Positions 21,543-35,361 of a stretch of DNA of 42,299 nucleotides are shown one piece after another. The stretch's first letter is position 1. Each line of letters opens with the position of its first letter. The DNA comes from Balamuthia mandrillaris (Eukaryota): positions 186,001 through 228,299 of the forward strand of contig JAVKOQ020000060.1 of the NCBI GenBank assembly GCA_031835245.2, given 5' to 3'. Below the pieces are notes generated by a model. It saw nothing but the letters and a program-made list of their open reading frames with translations, was not told the origin of the DNA and did no database searches. The translations under genes were made by a program, and so were the position numbers.

Positions 21543-24500
21543 TTACGAGTCGTCGAGGAAATGCAGTTTTTTGAGTTTCTCATTTCGCTTGAGGAAAATA
21601 TTGGGCCTGGTGCTGTCGATAATGTGGGTGATGCTATTGATATCTTTGTTTTTGGTGCCGTGTACCGTTAGATAGTAGGGGAGTTCTCCTTTCCAAAAGT
21701 CTAGGTTTTTCACTTGTTGTGCCAACAAGGAGGAAATAAGGACGTTGTAGGTTTTGATATCTTCTAGCATTTTGGTGGTAAGTTTTTGGGAGACAACACA
21801 CGCAGTATAGAGGTGTTCAGTGGTTTCAGGGCATCTTTTACCATTCTTCATGCAGATTTTGCAGTACTTGTCCGCGTACAGTCGTTTAGATGAGTTATTT
21901 ATGTAGTTACAGAGCGGGAGAAGTTCATATTTTGTTCGAATGAGGTGATTGTAATGTCGTGTGGAGAGGGGTGAGTGTTTTAGTTGTTTGTTGGCTTTTG
22001 GGTGTCTGTTTTTGAGGAGGTTTCTGATATCATGGTCTTCCCAAGTGCAGGCCTTTGGATTCCATATCATAGTTATGTCTTTTGGGAGAAGAGCTAGCGT
22101 TCGTAGAGGATGCAAATTGCACGCAGCAATTGTTCTTTGAGCTAGGGACGCTCGTTTGTCAGCCTCTCTATTAAGTAGTACTCGTTGGTCATAGTCATCT
22201 GGATGGAGGAGTTTTTGTTTGGTTATTTTCTCTTTCCATTCTTTTGATGTTTTCTTTTCCTGGTGGCTATAGACGTGAGCAATTGAGATGTTGCGAGTTT
22301 CGAGGTGTTGAGAGATAATTCGCCAAGCGGCAACTGCTTTGAGGGGTGGGTGTTTGGGTGGCTCGTTGAGGAGGTTAACCATGGCTTTGTTGTCGGATAT
22401 GATGTGAAGAGAAGGGACGGACGCGGTGGCTTCAAGGGCATATGCTATGGCTGAGGCTTCCGCGTTGAAGGATGTATGGCATCCAAGTGGAGGGGCGCCG
22501 TATCTGGTCGTGGCAGTTACAACAGCAGCAGCTGCTACTCCATCCTTGAAAGAGCCATCTGTAGCTATGAGGAGCGGCGCGTTGTTGTGGGGAGTGTTTA
22601 GTGGTTCATGTTTGGTTAGTTGGAAGTCCTCTGGGAATGTAGCAAGGTGAACATTTGAAATCGCGTTTGCATCTTCGTTAGAGAGAGGAGAGAACGGCCA
22701 TGCCGCGAGTTTGTTTGTCAGGTCTGGGGGGAGGGGAAGTTTTCTTTCGTATGGCAGAAGGCATTGTGGTGTGTCTTTAGGTCGGAGAAGTAAAAGTTGG
22801 TTTTGTTTTGCAGTACATAAAAGCTGTGTAATTGTTTTGAGCTTGCTCCGCGTTAGTGGTCCTGGGTTGTGAAGTTGTAGTGGATGGTTGGCTGAGTTTG
22901 TCGTGGGTTGTGGGTAGTAGTTGTTCATTAGGATATTAAGTGTGCGAGAGGCAGAATTGTCATCGTTCAGGATTCTGTTAACGTAGTGATTCAGGAAGTG
23001 TCCATGTTGGAGGGTGGTGATGTTGCGAATGGAGAGGCAGGTCAGTTTGTTTTTAAAAATGCTTGAGTTGTATTTTCCAAAGATGCGTAATGTGGAGCGG
23101 AGGCAGCTTCTGGCAGTGCGTTCTAGGGTGGCTAATGTTTTTGTTTCAAGGAGGTGAGTGTGCATTGGGTATTCAATTGCAGGAATGGCGATGGTATTTA
23201 ATAGGAGCACCTTTAAGTCCACAGGAAGATATCTTCTTGCGATTGCGGAGCAGTACTTGGTGAACTTTTTTGTGAGATGATCGTCAAGGGCATGGGTGTT
23301 TGTGATGGAGAAGGGAACTCCGAGGTATACACAGATGTCTTCACATGAAAGACGTGTTATCGGTTTGAGTTTATTAGTAGAGGTGTCCATCGTGGAAAGG
23401 GAGAGGTTGGGGTCTTTGCTCATAAAGACAGTTTTGCGTACGTTGATGGTGATAGTATCGTGTGCAAGGAATGTAACTGTGTGGTCAAGGTTGTTTGTGA
23501 TGTCCGGAGTGTTGTCCGAGATGAGGAACAGGTCGTCTGCAAAGGCCATTCCTGCAATTTTTGTGCCATCTGGGAGGGTATAGCCCGTGTTTGAAGAATG
23601 GAGGTAATCGAGGAGTGGGTTGATATAGACGTTGAATAGTGTGGAGGAGAGGGGGTCTCCTTGTTTAACTCCTTTGGTAATATAGAACTGGTCAGTATCT
23701 CCGCAGGGAAGGATTACGGATGCTTTAGAGTTGTTGTAGATGCCTTTGAATACATCTATCGCCTCTTCACTTAGGCCATAACGGCGAAGGGTGCGAAAGA
23801 TGGTATTGTGCGGGACAGAGTCAAATGCTTTGTTGATGTCAATCCAGACAATATGGAGAGGTTTATTTCGTTGTTGGCTGTCTTCGATAATGAGTTTGAG
23901 TGTGGTAACATTAGTGGAGGCTGAGCGGTTGGGTCTAAATCCATTTTGTGTGTCACAGAGGGTTTCGCTGGTTTCAAGAATGTGGTCCAGTCTTTTTTGA
24001 ATGATCTTCGTGTATATTTTGTAGATGGAATGGCATAGAGCAATGGGCCTGTAGTTTACTGGAAGAGTTGGGTCACCTGTCTTGTAGATAGGCCATATTT
24101 TAGAGGTATTCCACTTTTCAGGGACAATCCGTGCATCGAGAACTTCGTTTAGCATAGTAACTATCCGTTCTTTGTTGTGCGGGGAGAGAGCTTTATAGGC
24201 TTCAATGACAAGGCAATCGCTGCCAGGGCATTTTTTGTTCTTCATTCTGTTGATAACTGTGTTGACTTCTTGGAAAGTGATGGCTTCATGGAGTTTATGG
24301 CTGAGGTCTTTAAGTTTCTTTTGAATATGTGCTTCATAGATGTTGTTTGGTGGGTGGCTGTCTTCATTTCTATCAATCCCTTCTAGAATTGCAATGAAGG
24401 TTTTCTTTGGGATTGTATCATGCTCTGGGCAGGAAAAGAGTTTTTTCCAGTGGTCTCCAACCACTTGTTTGACAGTCTTTGGGTCTGATGTGATTGTAGG

Positions 24501-25865
24501 TTCATCATTCTCATCGGTGGTAGACACGGATTCTAGTCGTTTGTTGTCATTGGGGAACAGCAGATTTTTCATCTTCTTGTAAAATACTGAGCTTTTGTGC
24601 CGTCCTTCTGAAGCGATTGCTTCGCAGTGTTTTTCTATCTTATTTCTTTCTTCTTCTTTTTCTGTTTGATGAATTTGTAGTTTAAGTTTTTTCTGTCGTT
24701 CTAGGAGAGAGGCAAGAGTTGTGTTTCCTCCTTGTTGTAGCTTGCGATTTAGTGAGTTGGGTATGTTAGAATTGTGGAGGAGGTAGCGGATTGCTTTATT
24801 GACTCTGCGGTATTCAATGATATTATGTTTTGCTTTAGGGAGGCGCCATGGCGTTTTGTTTGAAGTACATGGCGCAACTGCTTTCAGGATTTCTAGAAAA
24901 GTTTCTTGGTGGTCTTCAGGGGAGGAGAAGGCAAGAGGGCTGTCATGTACAGTTTGGTTGAGGCGGGTAATCTCCTTCTCGTTCATGGTACGCTTGTAAG
25001 GGATTCTAGGAACTGGAAGAGGTGTTCTCTTTGGTTTCTTTTGGAACAATGGGACTTTTATTGTAACCATGGAATGGTCAGAGCGGACACTAGAGTGATG
25101 GATTTTTGCAGTGGTGGGCTTTCGGTCTTCAGGTGTAAGGATGAGGTCTATTCTTGATCGGCTGAGTCTCCCTTTCTTTTCATTCAGACGCGCCCAGGTC
25201 ATGGCATGCGAGTTTGGATGGAGAATAGTGTAAGCATCCACCAGTTTGAGTTCTTTTAGCATTGCTGTAAGGCCTTTAGAGACCTTGGCGCTCAGGTTGG
25301 GCTTGTCTTCTTTTCGTAGTTTTGCATTGAGGTCTCCTGCAATAAGGATTCGCCCTTTGCGGCTAAGCTTTTTTAGATGAGGAGTGAGAATAGGCCAGAA
25401 GTTTTCATTGTCTTTGGTGTCTGCGGGAGCGTACGCTGCAACCAGGTAAGTGTTGCCCCACTTTTTGCGATGTACATTGAGAATGACTACACGATGTTCT
25501 ATGTCAGGGTGCGGGGAAATGACACTAATATATCGTTTCCATTCCTTTCTGATGATCCACGCAGTGTGGATGAGCTGTCGTTTGGTGCCTGGTACAGTTT
25601 CTGGGGAGGATAGCTTGCTGGGATAGAGGAGAAAGTCTGGATGGAGTTGTGGGAAGCGAAGGTTTGGGTTACCAAGTTCTTGGACAGAAAGAAAGTCAAC
25701 TTTATTTTTATCAAGAAGCGAGTTCAGAGAGTTAATCTTTTTTTTCCATCCTTTTGACAGGTTAAAGGTCGTTATCATTGTGAGAGGAGGGGAGTACAGG
25801 GGTGACGACGGTGGTGGGGGGGTGGGAGAGGGAGGAGTGGCGTTAGGTAGCATTGTTACCACCAT
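21543..25865 (-). CDS. Retrotransposon ORF2 polyprotein (~1440 aa): apurinic-like endonuclease, reverse transcriptase, RNase H, C-terminal CCHC-type zinc finger
   Basis: APE motifs TFN, SVQE, AYAP, AGDLNA, TW, SRIDLIL, SDHSMV; RT motifs NYRPIAL, QNGFRP, DINKAFDSV, GVKQGDPLSSTLF, AFADDL, YLGV; RNase H ATDGS/NAEASA/ISDN/HVYSH/NREAD; CKIC..ETTEHLYTAC. Confidence 0.95.
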   Translation of the reverse strand: MVVTMLPNATPPSPTPPPPSSPLYSPPLTMITTFNLSKGWKKKINSLNSLLDKNKVDFLSVQELGNPNLRFPQLHPDFLLYPSKLSSPETVPGTKRQLIHTAWIIRKEWKRYISVISPHPDIEHRVVILNVHRKKWGNTYLVAAYAPADTKDNENFWPILTPHLKKLSRKGRILIAGDLNAKLRKEDKPNLSAKVSKGLTAMLKELKLVDAYTILHPNSHAMTWARLNEKKGRLSRSRIDLILTPEDRKPTTAKIHHSSVRSDHSMVTIKVPLFQKKPKRTPLPVPRIPYKRTMNEKEITRLNQTVHDSPLAFSSPEDHQETFLEILKAVAPCTSNKTPWRLPKAKHNIIEYRRVNKAIRYLLHNSNIPNSLNRKLQQGGNTTLASLLERQKKLKLQIHQTEKEEERNKIEKHCEAIASEGRHKSSVFYKKMKNLLFPNDNKRLESVSTTDENDEPTITSDPKTVKQVVGDHWKKLFSCPEHDTIPKKTFIAILEGIDRNEDSHPPNNIYEAHIQKKLKDLSHKLHEAITFQEVNTVINRMKNKKCPGSDCLVIEAYKALSPHNKERIVTMLNEVLDARIVPEKWNTSKIWPIYKTGDPTLPVNYRPIALCHSIYKIYTKIIQKRLDHILETSETLCDTQNGFRPNRSASTNVTTLKLIIEDSQQRNKPLHIVWIDINKAFDSVPHNTIFRTLRRYGLSEEAIDVFKGIYNNSKASVILPCGDTDQFYITKGVKQGDPLSSTLFNVYINPLLDYLHSSNTGYTLPDGTKIAGMAFADDLFLISDNTPDITNNLDHTVTFLAHDTITINVRKTVFMSKDPNLSLSTMDTSTNKLKPITRLSCEDICVYLGVPFSITNTHALDDHLTKKFTKYCSAIARRYLPVDLKVLLLNTIAIPAIEYPMHTHLLETKTLATLERTARSCLRSTLRIFGKYNSSIFKNKLTCLSIRNITTLQHGHFLNHYVNRILNDDNSASRTLNILMNNYYPQPTTNSANHPLQLHNPGPLTRSKLKTITQLLCTAKQNQLLLLRPKDTPQCLLPYERKLPLPPDLTNKLAAWPFSPLSNEDANAISNVHLATFPEDFQLTKHEPLNTPHNNAPLLIATDGSFKDGVAAAAVVTATTRYGAPPLGCHTSFNAEASAIAYALEATASVPSLHIISDNKAMVNLLNEPPKHPPLKAVAAWRIISQHLETRNISIAHVYSHQEKKTSKEWKEKITKQKLLHPDDYDQRVLLNREADKRASLAQRTIAACNLHPLRTLALLPKDITMIWNPKACTWEDHDIRNLLKNRHPKANKQLKHSPLSTRHYNHLIRTKYELLPLCNYINNSSKRLYADKYCKICMKNGKRCPETTEHLYTACVVSQKLTTKMLEDIKTYNVLISSLLAQQVKNLDFWKGELPYYLTVHGTKNKDINSITHIIDSTRPNIFLKRNEKLKKLHFLDDS

Positions 25866-26928
25866 TTGCACTCTTTGGTTGTACCACCTGTACCATTATC
25901 ACCCGTTTTATGTCTTTGTTGTGGTGCGTGATGGGCTTTATCAGCGCAAGGAGGGCTTGGCGATAGGACGGGAAATAAATGAAGGCGCACCCTTTAGAGA
26001 TATTGGTTCTTTTATCTCTTATTATTCTCAGTTCCGTGGGGTGGATGTTACTGTTGTGGAAAGCCTTAAAGATTTTTTTTTGGCTAAGGTTCTTTATATT
26101 GCCTATCCATAGCTTTGGCCCTCCTTGTGCTTGTCCTTCCCATAGGCGGTATCGGGTATCTCCAACTTGTAAGTATTGGTCCGCAAGCAGTTTTTCCTTA
26201 TCCTCCGCTCGTAGCAAGGCAATGCGTAGATCGTTGGAGGGGTAGAGGTAGGTGCCGTGGACAATCGCATGTTTGTTGGCTGCTTCTTCGATTTCTGCTG
26301 CCGTGTGCTTGAGTTCTCTGAGGTAGAGGACGTGTTGGGGTTCTGCATCACATTCTCGTTTCCTCAGGTACTGGATGTCAAGGATGGTGCAGGTGAAGAG
26401 TTGTGGGAGGGTGTTTCTCGCCTCTTCAGCGTCTTTGCTTTTAGAGAACGCTAGGATGGAAATACTGGCGCTCGTAAAGGAGTAGTCTTCCATGGGGGGG
26501 CAACAGTTGGTCAGGTCAGCATAGCTGCCTGTGAAGCCGCGTAGTACGCAAACCGGGACGAGGTCTTCTTCGTCGTCATCATCTTCGTCATCGCTGGCAT
26601 CGTTATGTAGAGATCTGTTAGAGTGGGGGTGCATGAGCTCTCGTATCTCGCGGAGGGCTTGAACTTTGAGGTTCGTGTACTTGGAGTGCGGCTGGTCCGT
26701 CTTTCTTGTTTGTAGCTGCTCGATTCGATGAAGGGCGGCATCAAAGTCTTCGTCTTCTAGGGTCCAGGAGTTGCCGAGAAGGGCGAGTAGTTCGTTGGCA
26801 GCACTGTCGGGGAGTCGGTTGGCGTTTCCCTCCTCATCGTAGTCCTCGGATCTCTTTCTTTTGTGGGAGTACTCGTCTTCGTCTTCTTCCTCTTCTTCGT
26901 TTGGTTTTCTTTTGTGTGGATTTTCCAT
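25843..26928 (-). CDS. Retrotransposon ORF1 RNA-binding protein with at least one RRM
   Basis: First ATG at 26928 (MENPHKRKPNEEEE..HKRKRS; acidic tracts and NLS-like basic clusters); C-terminal RRM with RNP2 LWIGNI and RNP1 KGCAFIYF; stop overlaps the ORF2 start. Confidence 0.85.
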   Translation of the reverse strand: MENPHKRKPNEEEEEDEDEYSHKRKRSEDYDEEGNANRLPDSAANELLALLGNSWTLEDEDFDAALHRIEQLQTRKTDQPHSKYTNLKVQALREIRELMHPHSNRSLHNDASDDEDDDDEEDLVPVCVLRGFTGSYADLTNCCPPMEDYSFTSASISILAFSKSKDAEEARNTLPQLFTCTILDIQYLRKRECDAEPQHVLYLRELKHTAAEIEEAANKHAIVHGTYLYPSNDLRIALLRAEDKEKLLADQYLQVGDTRYRLWEGQAQGGPKLWIGNIKNLSQKKIFKAFHNSNIHPTELRIIRDKRTNISKGCAFIYFPSYRQALLALIKPITHHNKDIKRVIMVQVVQPKSANGGNNAT

Positions 26929-27962
26929 ATTTGGGACAAGGTAATTATTGTGAGGGAAAAAAGTGAAGGAGCGGCGTGGGAAAAAAATAATTAAGAGGGA
27001 AAGAGAAGTATTTATAGTAGTGTGTACGACTAAAGTTTTAGGCAAGCTGTGTAATAACAAAGGTATTTGGTGCTGGTGGGTTGCGATAAGCGGTGTGATT
27101 AGGATTGGAAGGCATAGAGTGTCGGAGTTGAATTGTATGGTTGCGTTTATTCCAATTGCTATTGCCGTACTTATGGTCGGCAGGGAGAAGCAGTTTTGGC
27201 GGGAGGGATATTTGTGGACATTAATGCATTGGATTGGGTAAGAGGTTGGTTGGTTTTGTGTGGCATTTTGGTATCTATTAGCTATTAGGGTATTGGGTGG
27301 TGTAGTGGGGCTTGGTTTCTTTACTGGCTTGCACGTTAAGATGAAAGGTTTTGCGTGGGTCGTTTTGTTGGTTTTTGTTTTTGTGCGTTTGTTTGCTTGT
27401 GTGTTTGGGCTTATATTTGTGTTTGTGTTAGCATAAGTATTTATATTCAAAGAATTAGATGCGAGAGATTCAAGATTTGCAGTTTTGTGTGAGGGGGTTT
27501 TTCGTGATTTTTCGTATGGGATGGGGGGGCGTGCTTGGAGCTACCCATACACTCAACTTTACCCACAAAAGTCGAGCGCACCCTTCGGATTGACGTGGTT
27601 GGGTGTTCCCACGGCACTCGTAAGATTTACATGGGCGAGTGCCCCCATAAAAGGGAGGGGAAGGGTTAACGCCAACGTTCATACCTTCTCGGCACCGCCC
27701 ACGCAAGTCGGAGTGATCAAATTAGACAGGGGAAAGATAAAGTAGGAAAATCAAAATCAAATCAAAGTTAGTCAGTCACGCTCTCTCGCCTCTTTTCTCC
27801 TTGCTTTCACTCCATTGCGCGTTGCTGTTGCTGATCTGTTCGATCCCCGTCAGCAAAAGGGACCCACGAGCGCGTGCGTTGCACTAATTCAACACCGAAT
27901 TTTTGGTTTTTTTTATACTTTCGAAACCTTGCATTTGCAAACAAAAACCAAAACACAAGACA

Positions 27963-28298
27963 ATGGCAAGCCCGGAGACTCACATCATTATCTACAACGA
28001 CACCAAAAAAACCTACGACGTGGCCACGGATTGGCGTCCTCTGATTGGCTTCTTTGGCAGGACGACGGTGGCTCCAGGGAAAACCATCTCCATTGACACC
28101 AGGGACTGGCTGTGGAACTCCCAACGAACGAGCGTCCTTTTTCCCATAGAGGACTTCAATCCCAATTGCCCTTACCTGATTGCAATCAAGAAAAAACCAG
28201 GCAGCTATGATCTCTCCAAACTGCTGAGCTCGGCCAAGAATTTGGCAAAGGTGGGCGAGCTTACTGGAAAGTTGCGCAATATTCTTGAGAACTTTTGA
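27963..28298 (+). CDS. Small intronless hypothetical protein (111 aa)
   Basis: A-rich leader then ATG: MASPETHIIIYNDTKKTYDVATDWRPLIGFFGRTTVAPGKTISIDTRDWLW..LRNILENF*; globular composition; T-rich 3' flank. Confidence 0.65.
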   Translation: MASPETHIIIYNDTKKTYDVATDWRPLIGFFGRTTVAPGKTISIDTRDWLWNSQRTSVLFPIEDFNPNCPYLIAIKKKPGSYDLSKLLSSAKNLAKVGELTGKLRNILENF

Positions 28299-28929
28299 AT
28301 AACAAAGATGACTATTTGCTCTGGTCATTCAAGTTATTCCAAAATACTTTTTTTCCATTTGTTTTATGTGCTTGATTGCAAAGGTTGGTGTACACTATTT
28401 GCTCTTGCTTTTTTTTGTCGGAGTACAACAGCACAAGAAAATTGAGACAGCGTTGCAACAACGGTAATGCCATTACCGCACAGTTGCTAATTTGTTGGGC
28501 AACCTTGCCAGGTGATCAAATTCACCACCGCAACACCGGAGGGAAGAAGAAGGCGAGCAAGAGAAAGGAAGGAATGCAGGGATGACAGAACAACGGTTGA
28601 TGGAGCTTCGTTTTTTTTTTGGTCGCTCGAACGGAGCTCCATATAGGGATTCCAAGAGACTTGGTTGTCGAACAAAAACAGATGTTGTCGGTCGACCTTG
28701 GAATGACAAAGAAGTGGAAAAGAGGGCGTTGTTTGTCGATAATCAAATAGTTTTGTTCGATTATTATCAATACATTCAAAAAAATTAACATATCAATCAA
28801 TTGTCTACAGAAAACCACGTCATCAAGGTGTCCACAAAAATGATCGGTGATGTCACCCTTTGTCTACAAAAAAGATCCCCGATCATGATGTTAAAAAAAT
28901 AAAATAAAAAAGCAAACAAAGAGAGAGAA

Positions 28930-30605
<1,676 letters not shown>

Positions 30606-30750
30606 AAAAAATAATCTCTTAAACAAACAAAAAACCAGTTTTGTTTTTGTTGTTGTTGTGAAAAAAAAAATAAAGAAAAGGTTACAAACAAAAAGAGAGA
30701 GGTCTAAAAGTCATCGCTAACTATGCAATAAGTTTGGGGCAATGGGATAT

Positions 30751-31905
30751 TTAGACCAAGCGGACATAGTTGCTGGGTACCAAGCCACGCTTGCCGTTGA
30801 GCTCCCCTTCCCACCAATCTCCATTTTTGCTTTTGTTTTTTTAACAATGAAAAGGACAAGTCAGTTCAAAAGCAGAGAGAGAGAAGAGGTAATAAAGAAA
30901 GGGGAAGGGAGGAAGGGAGAGAGCAAAGAAAGAACCTCAGGATGTTGATCCTATCTCCATATTGGAAGGACAGCTCAGCAGGGCTCTGGGCAGCAAAAGG
31001 ATACATAGCCTCTGCAACCTCGCCAGAGGGTCCACCGCGTGCAACAGGTGGAGGAGGGAGGCCTCTGCTTCCAGGAGGTGAGGATTGTTGCGAGGGAGGA
31101 TGATAAGACGGCTGTTGTTGAGGTTGGTAAGGTGCAGGTGCTCCTCCTCCTCCAGCGGCCCCGCGTGGTTGATAGGGTTGTGCCGGTTGGTAGGCCGGTT
31201 GGTAGGCTTGCGGCGGTGCTTGATAGCTCTGTTGAGGAGCACCTTGGAATGGAGGTGGTTGCGTATAAGGATTGCTTCAAGGTTGAAGAATAGAACATAG
31301 AGAAAAAAAACGAAGGAAGACAGAAAAGTGTTAGTGCTCTGAAATAAAATGAGAAGCAGAAGAGCAAGAATGAGAGTAGAGGACACGAAAAGTACATTTT
31401 GGCAGCACTCTCCTCGCGAACGACTTTAGGGTGGTGATGAATTGCAGAGCGGTCAATGTACGACACGGTGTTGAGGATTTGGCTGTACTCTTGAGCAGCA
31501 CACTCAAAGTAACTCGCCTGAGCCAGAATAAAGGAGGCAAAGATGTACTGGAAAAAGACCTGTCGGTCCTTGTACAAGAGATCCATATCGTAGAGCAACT
31601 CTTTGTTTAGGTCCTCATAGCCTTGCTTGGCGCACTGGTACTTGTGCTGGAAGTTATGGGCCTCCGCCTGTTTATTCTTTTCGTTCAGTAGCTTGGCTTC
31701 ATGCTTGTATCTACAATAGAGAAACGAAAAAACGCGATGTAAGAACATAAGGATAATAAAGAAAGGAATTTGGTGTCTAAAATCTACCGGTCCATGTCGG
31801 TAAGCCTGCGGTTTCTCTCCTCCGCTCGAGCCTTGAGAGTCTTGAACTGCTTCACGTACTCAGCCAAAGGCTTGAACACGTCTTCGGCGAGTTGATTTTC
31901 CTGTA

Positions 31906-31944
<39 letters not shown>

Positions 31945-32187
31945 GTAAAGGAGCGGTGTCAGGCATGAGCACTACACAACCAAACGTAAACACGAATAGC
32001 AACGAACCAAAGCACCACGGTTATCCTCAATGTTCTGCTGTGCCTTGGTGCAGGCGGTGATGGGGCCGCTCAAAGAGCCAGTGCCCTCATAAAGGGCATG
32101 ACAACTCTCCATCAACGAAGTATGAACTGAACCCAGTTCTGTATTTATTTTTTTATTTTTTGTGAGAAAAAAATCGAAAGAAGTGAA

Positions 32188-32228
<41 letters not shown>

Positions 32229-32435
32229 GTAACCTTTCAGCGTTTTAAAGTAGTGCTCCACGTCCTTCTTGAGCTTGCTGTACCTCTTCTTGTTCTTGGT
32301 GAAACGCTCCCATTCCTGGTTGAAGGTGGCGTCGACGGTGGTGTCCCCACGGCCAAACTTGGAGGTCACGTTGTGCCTCGTCCGGAGGGCGGTGTCCTTC
32401 AAGCCCTTGAAACTGAAGCCTGGTTTGGTTGCCAT
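30751..32435 (-). CDS. BAR domain + proline-rich linker + SH3 protein (amphiphysin/Rvs167-like)
   Basis: MATKPGFSFKGLKDTALRTRHNVTSKFGRGDTTVDATFNQEWERF..RNRRLTDMDRY..YEDLNKELLYDM; SH3 AEAMYPFAAQSPAELSFQYGDRINIL..GDWWEGELNGKRGLVPSNYVRLV*. Confidence 0.87.
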
Positions 32436-33207
32436 CTCCTTCTATTCAACTATTTTTTTAAAAAATTGTTTTTGTAAGAACAAGCTTTAGAAAAACAACG
32501 AAGAAGAAGAAGAAGAAGAAGAAACGAACACAAAAAATGACGTACTTCAAAGATGTCGATGTCTCTGTTTTTTTAAAAAAAAGTTGTGTGGTTGTGTGAT
32601 TTCGTCAGACCAAAAGATAAAAAGATTTGGAGGTTTTTTTTTAAAAAAAAAAACTGCGTACAAAAAAAAAAATTGAGTCGCTAGCAAATAGAATGGAGTC
32701 CAGAAGAACAATCTCACTCTCTCTCTCTCTCTCTATTGTCGCTTGAGGGGAGTGTCGCTCCGTTTGGTTGGCTTTCGTTTGTGTCTCTTTTTCTTACTTT
32801 TTTGTTCTACGTGAACCGGGCGCAAAGGGAGAAATAAATGTTACGGGTGATTTGCTGGCCGCTGGCTCCGGTAAACAAACAAAGGCCACAAATGTCCAAG
32901 AGAAGTGGTGCCAACCAGTGTTTTTTTTTTAAGCGAACAGTTGGACGTGCGTTCCATTCTCTCCTCGAAAAAAGTTTTTTTTTCCGATCAGGTGGTAACA
33001 TAACGTGCATTCCTGGAATTACTTTCATACCTCTATAGATCGATCAGAGTTATCATCTGGTTGCGTTACGTCACCGTTATCCTTCGTCGGAAGTAACTGA
33101 CGTGTCGTTCAAAAAAAAGAAAGAAAAGAAAACTTTTTTTACTGTTCATCTCTTCGCTCTTCCTCTTTCCGCTGTTGCTTCTTCTTGTTCTACTGTGCAC
33201 AAACCAA

Positions 33208-35031
<1,824 letters not shown>

Positions 35032-35361
35032 GGCGTTATGTTTGTGTTGTGCTAGATTCTCACCCCCTTTTGCAACAACCCAATCTCTCTTTTTCACTAC
35101 TTTTTTTTGTCCCTCTAAAGTTTTTCTTTCCGCCACGAGAAACCTCGCTGGCACTGCCGCATCCCTATCCTCACACATGCCGGTCGGCAAAAAAACCTGA
35201 AGTCGACAGTTATGGCTTGCGTGACATCACCATGTCTGCAAATGTCATCTGTCGGCACAAAAATAAAAACGTCGACGAAAATATTCCCGCCAAAAAAAAA
35301 AACCCAAACCAAAAAGAAGTTGCACACCACCCAACAAAAGAAAAAAGTTACAAGACCTAGA

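Larger units (their letters stand above)
21156..27720 (-). mobile_element. Apparently full-length non-LTR retrotransposon (LINE): structured 5' region, ORF1 (RRM), ORF2 (APE-RT-RNase H-zinc finger), 3' UTR, A12 tail; 5' boundary approximate
   Basis: Two long intronless ORFs in an otherwise intron-dense genome; strong A/C-rich skew on the sense strand; T12 run at 21156-21167 reads as poly(A) on the element strand. Confidence 0.9.

Noticed and set aside
27590..27645. Canonical HDV-like ribozyme at the LINE 5' end
   Set aside because: A 7-bp P1 and 3-bp P3 can be drawn, but L3 (AAUCU) is too short and lacks the P1.1 cytosines, and no proper J4/2 catalytic C segment follows. No hammerhead CUGANGA/GAAA core was seen either.
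27681..27725. ATACCTTCTCGGC...GATCAAATTAG resembles the 5' end of U2 snRNA, a known retrotransposon target
   Set aside because: Stem-loop I differs and the essential GTGTAGTA branch-pairing sequence is absent; probably chance similarity.
32700..33110. Short ORFs between the BAR-SH3 and Rpt4 genes
   Set aside because: No recognisable motifs, interrupted by homopolymer runs; more consistent with promoter or UTR sequence.
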